DNA from: Gracilinanus agilis
Taxonomy: Eukaryota
Reading direction: 5' to 3'
Assembly (NCBI RefSeq): GCF_016433145.1
Contig: NC_058130.1
Coordinates: 149,589,596 to 149,653,595, forward strand
Length of the DNA: 64,000 bases
Below are positions 36,360 to 49,903 of the stretch, one piece after another. The notes beneath the pieces are model-generated. The model was not told the DNA's origin and ran no database searches. It saw only the letters and a program-made list of their open reading frames with translations. A program made the translations under genes and the position numbers. The first letter of the stretch is position 1. The number at the start of each line of letters is the position of its first letter.

Positions 36360-36563
36360 CAGTGATGGGAAAACTTTTTAAAGAGGGGGCCAAAGGAAAG
36401 GAAATGTTCATTTGTCAGTCTTTTTCTAAGGCAATTCTTTGGAAGTTTCATTGTATTGTATCCTACTCATTGTATTCGTCAGATTAGGAATAATGTCACT
36501 TGGTGGGATAAAACATTTCAAGGGGCCCCATCTGGCCTGCAGGCTGTAGTTTGCCCATCACTG
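36360..36563. mobile_element. Non-autonomous hAT MITE, 204 bp, in a MIR tail
   Basis: TIRs cagtgatgggaaaact / agtttgcccatcactg; TSD gactaggt/gactagaa (6 of 8). Confidence 0.85.
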
Positions 36564-37129
36564 GACTAGAAAGTTCTATAGTCACTTCCAGCTGCATTTC
36601 TATGAGCCTTTGCTCTCTCTAACTATTAAGAACATTTGCCAGAGCCCCAGTAAAAACTAAATGTAGACAAGAGGCAAAGAAACATGCTATTGTATAGTTC
36701 ATATTGGTTAGTAAATACAAAGTTAAATGGAAGCTCAAATATAGAAAGCATCCTCACATCACTGAACACTGATTACTTACTCATTTATATATATTCCCTT
36801 TTGAAAAGAATTGGATGCTTTAACAGGAATGCTTTTAAGTTCTCTCTACTGTTTCATCTGTTACAGAATTTAGTCAGAGTATCTGGGTTAAATTCGTAGG
36901 GCTGTCTGAGCTTGCAGAAGTCATTTACCCTCTATAGATCTTTTTCTCTTTCTGTTAAATAAGGGAGATTAGATAGATGACTTCTAACATGACTTATAGC
37001 TTTAAACCAATTATTACAAGATCTCAGCAATTTATATGTTTAAGTCACCTCAATGTAATATATAGTTAGCAAAAAAGCAAGTGGTTGTTAATCAGTGACA
37101 ACTCCTTCGAATGGATCTAAGCAGTCAGA

Positions 37130-37460
37130 GAGTCTGACCCATTTCTATAAGAAATCCAGAGAATAACATACCTGACAAGTGGTCATTCAACTTCTGGTTC
37201 AAGACCTCCAAGGAGAGAATCTACCATTTCTTCAGCCAATTCCATTTTTGGACTACTCTTTGAGGAAGTTTTTCTTTTCAACCCTAAGCTTAAATTTGCC
37301 TCCCCAAACCTAAATTGTCTTCTTGTAATTATTACATATTGTTCTCAGTTCTTGTTTCCTGGTCCAATGAATAAGTCTAATTCCTCTTCTAAATAGGAGT
37401 CTTTCTAGTATACATACAAAGGTTGAAAAACACGAGTGTTCTTCAGATTAAACATCCCCA
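37130..37460 (-). mobile_element. Ancient CR1/L3 LINE fragment
   Basis: gacaagtggtcattcaacttctggttcaagacctccaagg...ggaagttttc...aagtctaattcctcttc resembles L3 ORF2 antisense. Confidence 0.55.
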
Positions 37461-37944
37461 GTTCTTCAATCACTCAAGAAGTATTTATTAAGTGCTTACT
37501 ATATGCTAGATAGTGTGTTAATATTTTGGGGATACAAAAGTATGCAAAAAACCCAAAATGTGACTTCCCCCTCAGGGAAATTACAAATTAATGGGGGAGA
37601 TTGCATGTAAAAAATAGATATAGATATGGCAAGTGAAAGTTGAAATGACTGTAGAAATGAATCATCTATGTCCTGAACATTTAGATTTTTAAACAATCCA
37701 TGCCAACTGCCTAACAAATCACAATCCATTCCCCATCTAAGCTTAGGTGACTTTGAATACAGGAGGAGGCAAACTTTTCTACATTAAAACTGCTTATACA
37801 TTAAAAACTGTTAAACAAATAAGACCAATTAATTAAGGAGAAACAATACAACATTTGCTAATATCTGATTTCTAATCAAAAGAAAGATTAAGTATTTTCC
37901 AAATTGAGAAGGAAAGAGAATCTCTAGATCTATAAATCATCTCT

Positions 37945-39049
37945 GATAATCTGATAAGGACAGCATAGTTGATAAGGAAATAACAGGACACTGGAGAAGA
38001 TCTTGACTGTTAACTCATAGCTGCTTCTCGGAAGTGGCATTGAGTCACAAGTTTATTAGATAAGAAATTCAAACTCCCTTTCACCCAAAATTACAACAAC
38101 ACAGAGCTGTATTTTTAACATAGATAATACAACAGGCTTAGAAGCTTCAAGGTGAAGATAAGAACCAGGCTGGACTTTCAGCTATATTTTTTTATCACCA
38201 AGTCAAGTCTGAGAATAGTTTTCTCAGGGGCAAATGCCCCAGCTAAACTAAGGTTTAGGCCTTGGCTGCATTCAGACCAAAGGGGAAGAATGTTAACCTC
38301 TCTAGGAACTTAAAGCTTTTCAATAAATCAAGAAATCACAAGGATTACAAAAGGAGTAAAAAGAGGAGTCTCAGATTTTTATCTATTCTTTTATTGGCTT
38401 CCCACATATTTCCCCCTTTTCTTTAAATTAAAATGATTCATTACATAGGAAAACTTTTACTAATGAAAGGAGTCATCAATTAGTTATAATCATTAGCTAT
38501 AGCTGGCTCTGATAGGACTAACAGATTAAACTGTTTATTTATGACTCTCTACAAGAGAACAGATGAAATTCCTTGAATTAAGAAAAAAGATGTCCCACTC
38601 CCCCAAATTCCTATAATCAAAGGACCATGGAATCAAAAACTGATTGATTCATATGGGACCAGTTTTCAGATAGGATATATAGGTTACTTGAGATGTACGG
38701 TTACGGGTAAACTCCTTGCATCAGTTTTAGGATTTGACTGTATTTCTGGTCAGCATAACCTAGGTTCTTACTTAAGAGCCTTTGAAGCAACAGGCAGAGG
38801 TGGTTTAGTTTCTCAGCAATGCAGGGCCAGGTTTAAACAAGGCAATAAAGATCCTCTCCCAATTTCATCAATTACATAAATTTTCTCATAATTTAGAGTT
38901 GAACTAGACTCATAATTGAATTCTAATTGAATAGAATTGGAAAAAAGCTATCTTGAGCATTGAGTCACAGGATGGGAGTCATTTTGCTCCACCCAATTGC
39001 CCCAATTCCTACTACCACTTGTTATTCCAACCCCCTCAATTACCTTACA
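37945..39049 (-). mobile_element. ERV/LTR composite: 3' internal piece, polypurine tract and LTR
   Basis: Minus strand AAAGAAAAGGGGGAAA-TA-TGTGGG at 38424-38401, AATAAA near 38057-38052, and a second LTR-like start TGTAAGG at 39049; boundaries approximate. Confidence 0.55.
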
Positions 39050-40485
39050 AACAAGATGCTTACTGGGTAGCAGGAAATAAAACTTAGAGGGAAAAGTTTT
39101 GGTGGAATTGAAGATGGGTTGGTGATGTATGCAAAGAAAGAACTCCAACACAAGAACATCAACTGCAGGGGAATCTTGAAGGAAGGCAAAAATACCAAGG
39201 AGCAGAAATAATGAGGGAAGGCCTTGTGGGCATGTGGGACAGTCAGTGCCAAGTCACAAAGATAGACTATTATTATGTGAGATGAATGATTATAAATGAT
39301 GAACAGGGAGTATGTTGATACTGCTGAATTTTAGCCTGTAAGGAGGAGAGGAAAATATGAGAAGAATGGAGAGACAGAAGTTGTACAGATTATGAAAAGC
39401 CTTAAAAGCAAAACCAAGTTCTTCATATTTTTCCTTGAAATACATGGAACTCATTGAGAATGATAGTGACATGGTCATACCTGGCTTTAGAAAAATTATC
39501 TTGTTAAGTGAATGAAGGATGGTTTGAAGTAGGTAGAAACTTGAGTCAGGGAGAGCAGTTTGAAACCTATTTAAATAGTCCATGCAAGAGGTGAAGGAGT
39601 CTGAGCAAGAATTTTTGTCATGTGAAAGAAGGGGATGTTGTAAAGATAAGAGAATTACTCTGGAAGCTCATTGGAAGATGGATTATAATGGGGAAAGATT
39701 TGAAATACGGAGATCAATTAGATGATTATTTGCAAACCCAGGCTTGAATTTTAAGAATTATCTGCTTCTTTTCATGTGTTCCTAAATGTAACCATAGAAA
39801 GTCCTGAAACTGAGCTGAATGGATGCCCTAAATTTTTATGCTAGTAACAACTGGACCTTTATGACAGCAAGGCAACACTACAACCCTCTAATAGATTCCT
39901 TATCTCACTCACTGCTGCTATTTCAAACATCCTCATCTCTCCTCAAGCCTCAAATGAGGATCTCACCTCTTACCTCACCAATGGGTTGGAGTTCTGCCTG
40001 TGACATATAATAGCTACGTGACCCTGCACAAGTCTTTATCATTTTAGAGTCTTCAGGAAACTTTCTAAAGTTACCTTCCATCTACTAAGTATATATCTTA
40101 CATGTTATGATGTGTATATATACACACATATACATGCATATGTATGTAGAGACACATAGACAGACTCTCCCATTAGAATGTAAACTTTTTAATTTTTCTT
40201 AATGTTTATTGAGGAGAGAGAGGAACTAGCTATAGTATTGCCAAGGACAAGAAAGAAAAGAGGGTAACTGGCAATTTTTTTTAAATATACAGAAGAGAAA
40301 AGAAAGAAACTCAAAAAGGAAATATAAATGAGCAAGACAGATTTGTTAGAAATATGTTCTTTATTAAGATCAAGCAAAAAGTAGAAATATGAAGTTCTTC
40401 ATATTAATTTTCTTCTTTCCTATAAAGAAATATTTAATTTTCAGAGGCCCAATAAATTAAGAGTTAATTTAAAAATATATTTATT

Positions 40486-40690
40486 GGGTGGCTGCTGGAT
40501 AGCTCAGTGGATTGAGTGGCAGGCTTAGAGATAGGAGGTCCTAAGTTCAAATCTGGCCTCAGATATTGCCTAGCTGTGTGACCCTGGGCAAGTCACTTAA
40601 CCCCCCATTGCCTAGCCCTTATTGCTCTTCAGCCTTGGAATCAATACATAGTATTGATTCTAAGGCAGGAAGTAAGGGTTTAAAAAACAT
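40486..40690 (+). mobile_element. SINE1-like element at the tail of an inverted L1
   Basis: Full SINE body; flanks aaaaatatatttatt / aaaaaacatttatt. Confidence 0.8.
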
Positions 40691-40822
40691 TTATTCATTT
40701 ATTACCAATTACATGTGATAACAAATTTCCACACAAGTTTTTCTGAGTTACATGATTAAATTTATCTCCCTTCCTTCTCTTTCCCCTCTTGGTGCTGGTA
40801 GGTATTTTTATCTGGTTTATAA

Positions 40823-42731
40823 ATGTACTAATATGGGTGGCATGGTGCTTCTGGATTGGGCCTGATAAAGAAATGGCCTAAGGTCCTCAGATGGTATAAA
40901 GCCTAAGCTGAGTGGGGATGAGAAGCCTAAGTGAACACCAAGTTGTGGTAGTGAACACCAGTTCCCACAAATATCTGAAACTCAGCTGAACACCAAACCC
41001 CACCTAACAGTGCCCTGGACTAAGTGATTAAGTGAGAAGCTGTGAATTGAATCACACAACTTCTCTGGTTACCTGTCCAGGGGTTAAGTTGATGGATAAT
41101 GTTGATGAAGAGTGGATAAATGTTAATGGTAAGTGGATAACGCAGTGACTGCAACTTTGTCTGCCTGAGTATTTCCTTTCCCCTTATATGCAAAGGATAT
41201 TGTTATAAAGAATAGGGTAATGTGTATACTACCACTATTAGGCTGGTTATTAGTAGTAGTAATCTGAGATATTAATCTGAGGGAGCTTTGGTTTGGTTCC
41301 CTGATGGCTGGTGCAGGGACACCTGAGTCCTGCCACCCAGCTGGATGTTATAACAATCCTTCTTTATAACAGTGCCCAGGCAGGATCCCTAAAGGTCAAT
41401 GGATGGGTAACCCTTTAAAGTCCCATCTGGGGTTGATTGATTATTGGTATTGGGCTCTATCAGCCTTGGATAACATTCCTCTGACTGCGTTGCTCCCTCC
41501 CCAGAGTGGTGATGGAATAACTACTCCAGGAAGGTACTTAATAACTTTTATCTATGTTGTTTAACAAGGGAAAGGAATGATCAGGAATGGGTTAGGGAAT
41601 AGGTGACCCTATCACTAAATCTATGACAATAATCCCTCAGGACTGTAGGCTGTTCAGTAAGGCTGGGCTTGTTCTTCACCTCCTCTGGCTCAGCCTGGCC
41701 ACAGCCAAACCAGAGTAAGCAAACTGTTTGGATGATGCAAATATAGATCATGGTTTCTCTCAGCTTCTTACTGCTAGTTGTTTTGCCAGTCCTACAGCCT
41801 TCAGGAAATTCCACCCTTTACACCCTCTTCTTTTTCTCCTACCCACTTCCCGGATTTCCCCTCCCCCCCTCCCCGGGATACCTAAATATCTAGAGATGGT
41901 TTAGGTGCCTAAATATCTAGGGATTCAGAGAGAATCAGAGGACCCACAGGTCAATCAATGTTCAAGATCAAATGTCCAAGGCAAGAGTTTAGGCAAGGCA
42001 AAGACAAGGTCCCAAAGACAAGGTACCACAAGACAAGGGGTCCAAGGGGTCCCTGTCAGGGGGCTCTCAGGGTATTTATATCCTCTCTGCCCAACTGCCT
42101 TTTCTCCTATCCTCCGGGAACATTCCAATGTCCAACTGTCTTCACCTGTCAATCAAGGTGTGACTCTCAATTCCCAGAGTTTGAATATAACAATATCAAA
42201 CTGATTTTTTTAGAATAACAGCAGCCTTCACCTAAATTAGGTTTAAGGATTTAATTGCAATCAACTCAGGGGAAGGAATCAGGGTTGAAGGAAGAAGGTG
42301 TTGGGAATCTATGCTAGACTGTAGATGATGAGATTTGTTGGTCAATGACTAATCAAGTTGTAACTGTTGGCTGGAGAGATTCCTCTCTCTCTGGCCCTGG
42401 CCAGGCATCTTTGGCCCTGACCAGGTGGACTGAGGATTGATATTGTTCTTCTTGATATACAGGTAGTTGATATATGTCTCAGCTTTATTCTGTAGTTGGT
42501 GATGTGGTAATCAATGAAACAGGATACAGGTAACTTAAGCAGGTTGATTGGCTTACCCAGCCAGCCACCCGGGATCCCCTTCTCAAGAGTGAGAGCGACT
42601 CCTGATTCAGCTCCTGCCTTTTATAGTGCTGGCAGTAACTGCCTTTTGCCCCCTGGTTCATGGCATTTGGGTAAGTTCTAAATTCCAAACTGCTGGTTGT
42701 CATTCATTCTGTTCTCCATTTTTTTTTATCA
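40823..42731. mobile_element. Outer LTR-like element (split by the inner LTR)
   Basis: Non-L1 block within the L1; minus-strand TATAAAA near 42625 and AATAAA near 42487; ends approximate. Confidence 0.55.
41201..42192 (+). mobile_element. Solo LTR, 992 bp, nested
   Basis: Perfect 7-bp inverted termini TGTTATA...TATAACA; 4-bp TSD atat. Confidence 0.88.
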
Positions 42732-43851
42732 GAAATAGATATTACAAAAGCATATTTCCATATTGTTCATTTTTGTGAGTAATTTTATAAAGCAAACCCC
42801 CAAAACAAAAAACCCAAATAAACAATTGAAAAATCATATATGCCTTCATCTGCATTCTGACTTCAACAGTTCTTTCTCTAGAGATGGATAGCGTTCTTCA
42901 TCATAAGTCCCTCAGAATTGTCCTGGATCATTCTATTTCTGATAATAACTAAGTCTTTCAGAGTTGACCATACCACGGTATTGCCGTTATAGTGAACGCT
43001 GTTTTCTTGGTATTGTTTATTTCATTCTGCATCGGTTCATGTAGGTTTTTCTAGCTCTTTTTGAAATAATCCTATTCATCATTTCATATAGCACAGTATT
43101 ATCCCATCACCATCATATACCACAATTTATTTAGTCATTCCCCAATTGATTGACATCCTCTTAATTTCCAATTATTTACATCACAAAAAGAGCAGCTATA
43201 AATATTTTTTTGTACAAGTTGGTCTCTCTCACCTCCTCCTGTCCTTTCTTATCTCTTTGGGATACAGACTTGGTTGTAGTATAGTGGATCAAAGGATATG
43301 TGTTGCTTTATAGCCCTTTAGACACAATTCCAAATTGCCCTCCAGAATGATTGGCTCAATTCAAAGTTCTACCAGCAATGTATTAGGGTCCCAATTTTGC
43401 CACATCTCCTCTAACATTTACCATTTTCCTTTGTGGTCATATTGGCCGATATGATAGATGTCAAGTTGTACCTCGGTGTTGTTTTAATTTACATTTCTCT
43501 AATCAAGAGGCAGTTAGAACATTTTTTTAATATGATTATTGATTGCTTCAACTGAAAACTGCCTTTTCCTATCCTTTGACCATTTGTCAATTGGAGAATG
43601 ATTGTATTCTTATAAATGATTTAATTCTCTATATATTTGTGAAATTAGATCTTTATCAGAGAAATTTGTTATAAAAATTTCCTCAGTTTGCCGTTTTCCT
43701 ACTAATTTTGTTTTAATTGATTTTGTTTGTATAAACACTTTTTAATTTAATATAATCAAAATTATTCATTTTATATCCTGTAATGCTATCTCTTATTTGG
43801 CCATAAATTCTTTTCTTCTCTATAGGTCTTATAGTAAACTATTCTATGTTC

Positions 43852-45607
43852 CCCTAATTAATTTTCAATATCATCCTTTATGTCTAAATCATATATCCAG
43901 GTTGACCTTATCTTGGTATAGGGTGTGAGATGTTGATCTATATCTAATTTTTGCCATACTGTTTCCCAATTTTCCAAGCTGTTTTTGTCAAATAGGGAGT
44001 TCTTATCCAAAAAAAGCTGGAATCTTTGGGTTCATCAAACATTATATTGTTGAGGTCATATACTCCTACTCTATTCTACTGATCCACCCTTCTATTTCTT
44101 AGCCAGTATCAGATTATTTTGATGAATACTGCTTTCTAGTACAGTTTAAGATCTGGTACTTCTAGGTCACCCAGAGTTAGGCAGGGACTATTTTTTGTCT
44201 TTCATTCCATTGCTAGGACCAAGTATAATGCCTGGAACAGTGTATTTAAGAAATTTTTGTTGATTGATTGATAATTTGTGGATTATTTTTCTAGTAGATA
44301 GACTATACACAGTAAGAGTCCCCATTAACTAATAAAACCATATGATTAGACACAAAAAACAAAAAAAAACCCATAATGAAAGATCTTTATACAAAAATAT
44401 TCATAGCTGTGCTTTTTGTGGTGGCAAAAAATTGAAAAATTAGGTGGTGTCCCTTGATTGGGTGTATCTGAACAAATTGTGTTATCTGATGGTGATAGAA
44501 TACTACTGTACAATAAGGCATGATAGACTGCTGAACTTCCATATGATATGGAAAGACCTCCACAAACTGATGTGGAGTGAAATGAGCAGAACCAAGAGAA
44601 CATTGTACAGAATAATTGAAACATTATGGGACAATCAAATGGAATCAACTTTGCTAGTGATAGCAATGTAATGATCCAGGACAATTATGAGGAAATTATG
44701 AAAAAGAATGCTATCCACATTGAGAGAAAGAACTGTGGGAGTAGAAATGCAGAAGAAAAACATTTGATTTTTCACTTATTTACGTGGGCATGGAAAAGCC
44801 CAGAGGTCTGGACTTTTTATGTGGGGTTTGGTTTTTAAAAGAATATTACAAAAATGAATACTATGGAAATAGGTATTGAGTGATAATAAATATATAACCA
44901 AGAGCAATTGCTTGTCATCTCTGGAAGGAAGGAGGGAAAAAGGGGAGGGAAAGAACATGAATCAAGTAAACATGGAAAAATGCTTAAATAAAAAAATTTA
45001 AAAAATTTTAAGAATGAATGATAGAGCTCAGAGAAGCAAAAAGAAATGTATGCCCTAGTTTTGTTGATATCTTAAAATTTTTTATTTATATTAATACATT
45101 TTATTTTAAATTTACTTTGGTTTAGAATACATCCTATCTGTGCTGTTACTTTCTCCTAAAATACTCTAGGTCTTAGCATCTCTCATGCCTTTATGCTCTA
45201 AGGACATTTTAACTTTCAATTTATGTTATATAAGGGTGGAGTCAAGATGGCCACTTTGACACAGCAAAAGTCCAGACCTCTGTGAAAACCCTTCCATACC
45301 AATAAAAAACAAAGTGCTTCAAGGGGACAGAAAACCAAATCTAACAATAGGACAGAGCCAGGGGACCCTTCTGCCTGATTCAACTTAAAAGATACTCAAA
45401 AGAGCATGAATTTTTTGGGTTTAAGGAAAAGGAAGAAGGAAGGTCCTAGGACCACTCTCTCACCTACTGTGTTGATCCTCTGGCCATAGCTGGAATCTCA
45501 GGGTGAGGGCTCCAGCCCAGAGGGAGTGCCTTTCTGCCACAGATAGGCCAGGCCCTAGGTGCTGACCTCAGCCTAGAGGGAGGTAGCTGGAGGAGAGGCT
45601 GGGGAGG
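43852..45607. repeat. Tandem segmental duplication, unit B distal block
   Basis: Colinear with 18512-20466. Confidence 0.88.
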
Positions 45608-46680
45608 GGAGGGCAGCCTAGTGGTAGCCACCACTTTCCATCTTGGTGGCCCCTGGCTTCTCTAGCTTTTGGCCTCAGGGCACATCCAGTTCTACAGGAA
45701 AGCTTCACACTGGGAATAATTTAGTCTATCAATAGGGCAAATAAGAAGCCTTCAGAGGGCAGGGAAGCTCAATCTCCAACAGTATTCCCCCATGGACTGA
45801 TCTGAGAGGCTGAGAGCCACTGAAAGAATCCAGCTGACTGGGATTCCAGGGCAAAAGCTAACAGAATACCATGTTACAGGGTGGGAAGCAGCTCCTTTCA
45901 GTCACTACACCTTCACCTATGCCTTAAGCTTTTGCTGTCAGCTGGGGAAGATTTGACCTCAGGACTCATTAATATGCCATCAGCCTAATCTAATCAATCA
46001 GCAGAGCAGAGAAGAATCCCCTTCAGGGCAGAATAGCTCACACTCACAAATCCAGAAAATAAATAGAGGAGCAAGATTGTAGCCAATGGCAGAGAGGAAA
46101 GAAGGAAAAAATATGAGTAAACAACAAAAAGATGAAAAAAGAAATTACAATCAGTAGCTTCTATCCAGGTAATGAGCAAAGAGCAAATGGAACAGAAGAC
46201 AGTCAATGAACACCAAGCAAAAACGCAAAAACTCCAGAAAACTGGACAAAGGCTTTGGAAAAACTCAAAACACAATTCAAAAAACTATTAAGAGAGCCTG
46301 AAGAACTTAAAAAACAAAATAGGTTATCTGGAAACACAGACACATGAACTAAAGTAAGAAAATAGTGTCTTGAAAGCCAGAATTGACCAGCTTGAAAATG
46401 AAGCAAAGAAAGTGAAAGATGACCTTCAAAGAAAATTAGACCAAAAGGAGAAGGATGACAAAAAGCCATGGATCAAGTTCAGTCTTTAAAAATTAGAATC
46501 CAGCAACTAGAAGCAAATTACTTCACAAGGCAGCAAGAGTCTATAAAGTAAAATCAAAAGAATAAAACAATTGAGAAAAATATGAAATACCTTATTGATA
46601 ATACTACACACCTGGAAAACACATCCAGAAGAGACAATTTAAGAATTATTGGATTACCAGAAAATCATGACAAAAATTAT
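45235..46680 (+). mobile_element. L1 5'UTR and decayed ORF1 N-terminal part, 3'-truncated
   Basis: ggagtcaagatggcc start; ORF1 from about 46113 to RRDNLRIIGLPE. Confidence 0.85.
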
Positions 46681-47001
46681 CCCTTATATAGACTTTTGGG
46701 GTTTGACCTAATCTCAACTGATATTCCTTTAGGATATCCCATCTTTTCTATTCTCAAACTGAACTTTCTTTAATGTATCTTCTCCTCTAATTAGATTGAG
46801 AGCTCTTTGCAAGCAGAGATGATCTTTGTTTTCCTCTGTATCCCTAGTACAAACACTTTTATTCTTAGCAATAATAATAATAATCTTAGCTTAAAAAATC
46901 AATTATTCATTCTGTTTGTTTTTATCGCAAAAATGCTGATACAAATATTTTATTATGTGTGGGATGCTTCTTTCTGTCTCTGTTTTGAGGATATATGCCT
47001 A

Positions 47002-47839
47002 TGTAATGCAGAATTTATGCAAGATCTCTTGCATTTGCAAAATTACCCTAGGCAATCCTGGCAGTTAGGGGAATGGAACTTTCGCCCAGATAGTGCCAGT
47101 CTCAAGACCTGACTGTTGGAGCTGGGACTATAAATATCCCTGCAGAACTGACCTGGGGGTTCTGCTTTCCTTGACCTCACCCAGACACCCAGCTACCCTT
47201 TGACTTCTCCTTGGGGACCCTAGGAGTTGGAAGGGAGGTTGGGTTGTGGAACGTGGGCAGGAATTAGCTTAGGTCAGCCTAGCCACAGGGACACCCCTAA
47301 ACCAAATCATCAACCTCATCTGTCTAGCTGGTGGACCACTTAACATCAGGGCAATGGAAATTATCTCTGGCTAAGGGGCTGGTTCCCTCAACCTGATCTT
47401 GCCTTCTGAGGCCCTCTGCCAACACTGGCCCATCACCCTTAGCAACAGCTTGTCCAGACCCTCACCCTTATTCCTCAGTTTTTCCCTCCTGTGTTTGAAT
47501 AAACCCTTAGCCTGATACTGTGAGCTTCTATAGTTATTTGTACATCTTCCAGGGCTAAGGGGCTGTGGAGAGGAAAGATAGCAACCTCCTGACTTTGGAA
47601 GGAGTATTGGCCAAGCATCCATTTTACTCAGAAAGTATGACAGCTTCACTTCCTGTTGGTTACTGGTTTCACTCCAGCAGGTAGGGGCTCCTCACTCTCT
47701 ACCTTAAAGGAGCAGAGAGACCAACTGGGCATTTCAGCTCAGGCATACACATCCCTGGCTGTCTCAAATCAACGAATACTGTAGTTGTAGCCTCCCTGGC
47801 CCAAGTGACCCACTGATATCACCAGCTCCCCTAATATCA
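47002..47839 (+). mobile_element. Probable solo LTR
   Basis: TG...CA ends, TATAAAT near 47128, AATAAA near 47499; TSD imperfect (gccta/gccat). Confidence 0.6.
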
Positions 47840-48299
47840 GCCATTTCACCCCTTTATTACACCTAGTATTGACCAAAAGGAATGGATGCTTAGTCTCTTT
47901 TTTTCCATTAGCCTAAACTGTTTCCCAGAATTTTTAGTCCAATTCATTGGTTCACCAGTAATTATTGTGACTGCCTTCCCTTTCCAACATTGTATATTTA
48001 CATTTTTTGCCAACTTTGACAATTCTGGGGTTTGAGACAAATGCTAAAAGTGTCTTTGATTTGCATGGAAATAGATTTTGAATTATCTATAACATTCTGC
48101 CCCATTACTGCAGATAACTAAGAGATGAAACTTCAAACTATTTTACTCTATGCTCAAGAAAGTATAAGAGGGTGAAATGGGCAATTTGCATAATGCTATT
48201 AGAATAGATCCATAGGAAATTATCATTATTGGGAGGAGGTAGATTAATAATCTGGAACAAACACTTAGCCCTGATAATCTTTCCAATTGAAATAGGAAA

Positions 48300-48720
48300 A
48301 TGGTTCTCTCTAATTAGGTCTTTAGGGCATTATCCTTGTAGTACTTGAAAGTTTTGAAGTTCTAGGAGTCAAAATTTTAAATCACTTTAGGGACAAAATA
48401 ACTCCCTAAGAGCAAACAGGGATTTAAGGTGCCTTCTAGAGACCATGGCTTGCCCTTTTGAAATGTCTTTGGACTTTCACTATGGACTCAGCAACTCCAT
48501 GTGGGTTGCTTGCCAAATGAAATTAACCTTTGCCTTAGGATATGCAGCTCTTTCTTTTCCTCATTTTTTCCTGATTTGTGAACAATAACAATTTAATTAT
48601 GCTCTCCTTGATAATTTTTCAGGAATAAGTATGTCTTGAATATACAGGGTATTTTATTTGGTATATCTGCAGCTTTGTGGTAGATGTAAATAACTATGAC
48701 ACCCTGGAGTGATGCCTCTC
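48300..48720 (+). promoter_or_regulatory. Candidate promoter of the OR13C-like gene
   Basis: Unique sequence with TAATTA (48311), CTCCCTAAGAG (48402) and ACCCTGGAG (48701), i.e. homeodomain and O/E-like motifs; prediction only. Confidence 0.3.
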
Positions 48721-49844
48721 CACTTTAGAACTACCTTTTTAACCATCAGCTAAACAATTTTCAAAAATCTTCCAAAGTTGATTGAAAATATTGAAAGTGA
48801 AAATAAGAAGAAGGCAATCTGCTATTTACTGGATTCCAGGAGGAGAGGTGACCTTTCAAGAAGAGGTAAACTGAAATGAAGACCACACAAATACTAATCA
48901 GTTTATCTTGACCAATGTTCTGTCTGACTCATGTTGATGAGCTTAGTGAAACAAATGGTTGCAGAGAGGAAGATCTAGGCTTTATTAAAGGAAAAAATGA
49001 GTACTATCTGATTTTCTAATAGTCAGTACTGACCAAAAATGGAATAGGTGGTTCTAGTGGATAGAAGGTTCCTATCCTTGGAAATCTTCAACCTGAGGTT
49101 GAGTTGGGTTGATGAGTGTTGTTGAAGGTACAGATTCTGTTCCATTCAAAATTTATGGTTCTTTATATTATGTTTTGTATACTCTGTGAAGTCTTATTAG
49201 TGTGAGGGTGCTATACATGTATGCATTTGTATTTTAATCAAATAAAAGAGATTTCTATTGTTAACCTTGTAAAAATAATCAAAGAGAAAACAATTTCCAT
49301 GACAGTTATGTTTTTTTTTCTTGGAGAGATAATTCACATACAGGAATGTGGAAATCCAGATTAAAATTGAATTCCCAAACAGACAGAATTTCCAGTGATA
49401 ACTTTTCCTTTGTGAAGAATTAGGGAAGGATGAGTAATCTTGGGGAACTAAAAAAATCATACAACAGTAGATGCTCAGCATCCATTTAGAATGTTAGGTA
49501 CACAGAACCAAAGTGGTATTTACTCTTGTGCAGGATTTATGCCCACGATAGGCACCTCAGGGTTTATGGTCAAGACAGGCACTTCTGCATATCTTTAATC
49601 CTCTTTCTCAGAATCTGTATAGTTTAGTAACTCTGATAATGCTAGGTTGTTAGCTATAAGATAAATTATAGATGCCTGGAAAAAAATGTGTCCTGATCCT
49701 ATTCATTCCCAGACTCACTGTTATTGTCATCTCCACACTATCATCTGAACTTCTAACAAGTTAGTGCTTAGAGAGTGTTCAAATATGATTGCTCTCTGTA
49801 TGTCTGTCTCCATTTTTCTGTCTCTTTTTCATTCACCATCACAG

Positions 49845-49903
49845 AGAAGAAAAAAAGTTGTGCTGCTGTGTTACAGCCTGTGCCTGAAAGGACAACATGA
49901 AAG
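49845..49903 (+). other. Predicted 5'UTR exon of the OR13C-like gene
   Basis: Long pyrimidine tract ending catcacAG, then aag|GTAAAG. Confidence 0.4.

Larger units (their letters stand above)
40690..44165 (-). mobile_element. L1 3' portion (antisense), interrupted by nested LTRs
   Basis: L1 3'UTR at 40690-40822 resumes at about 42732 (catatttccatattgttc) and continues into ORF2 antisense. Confidence 0.8.
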
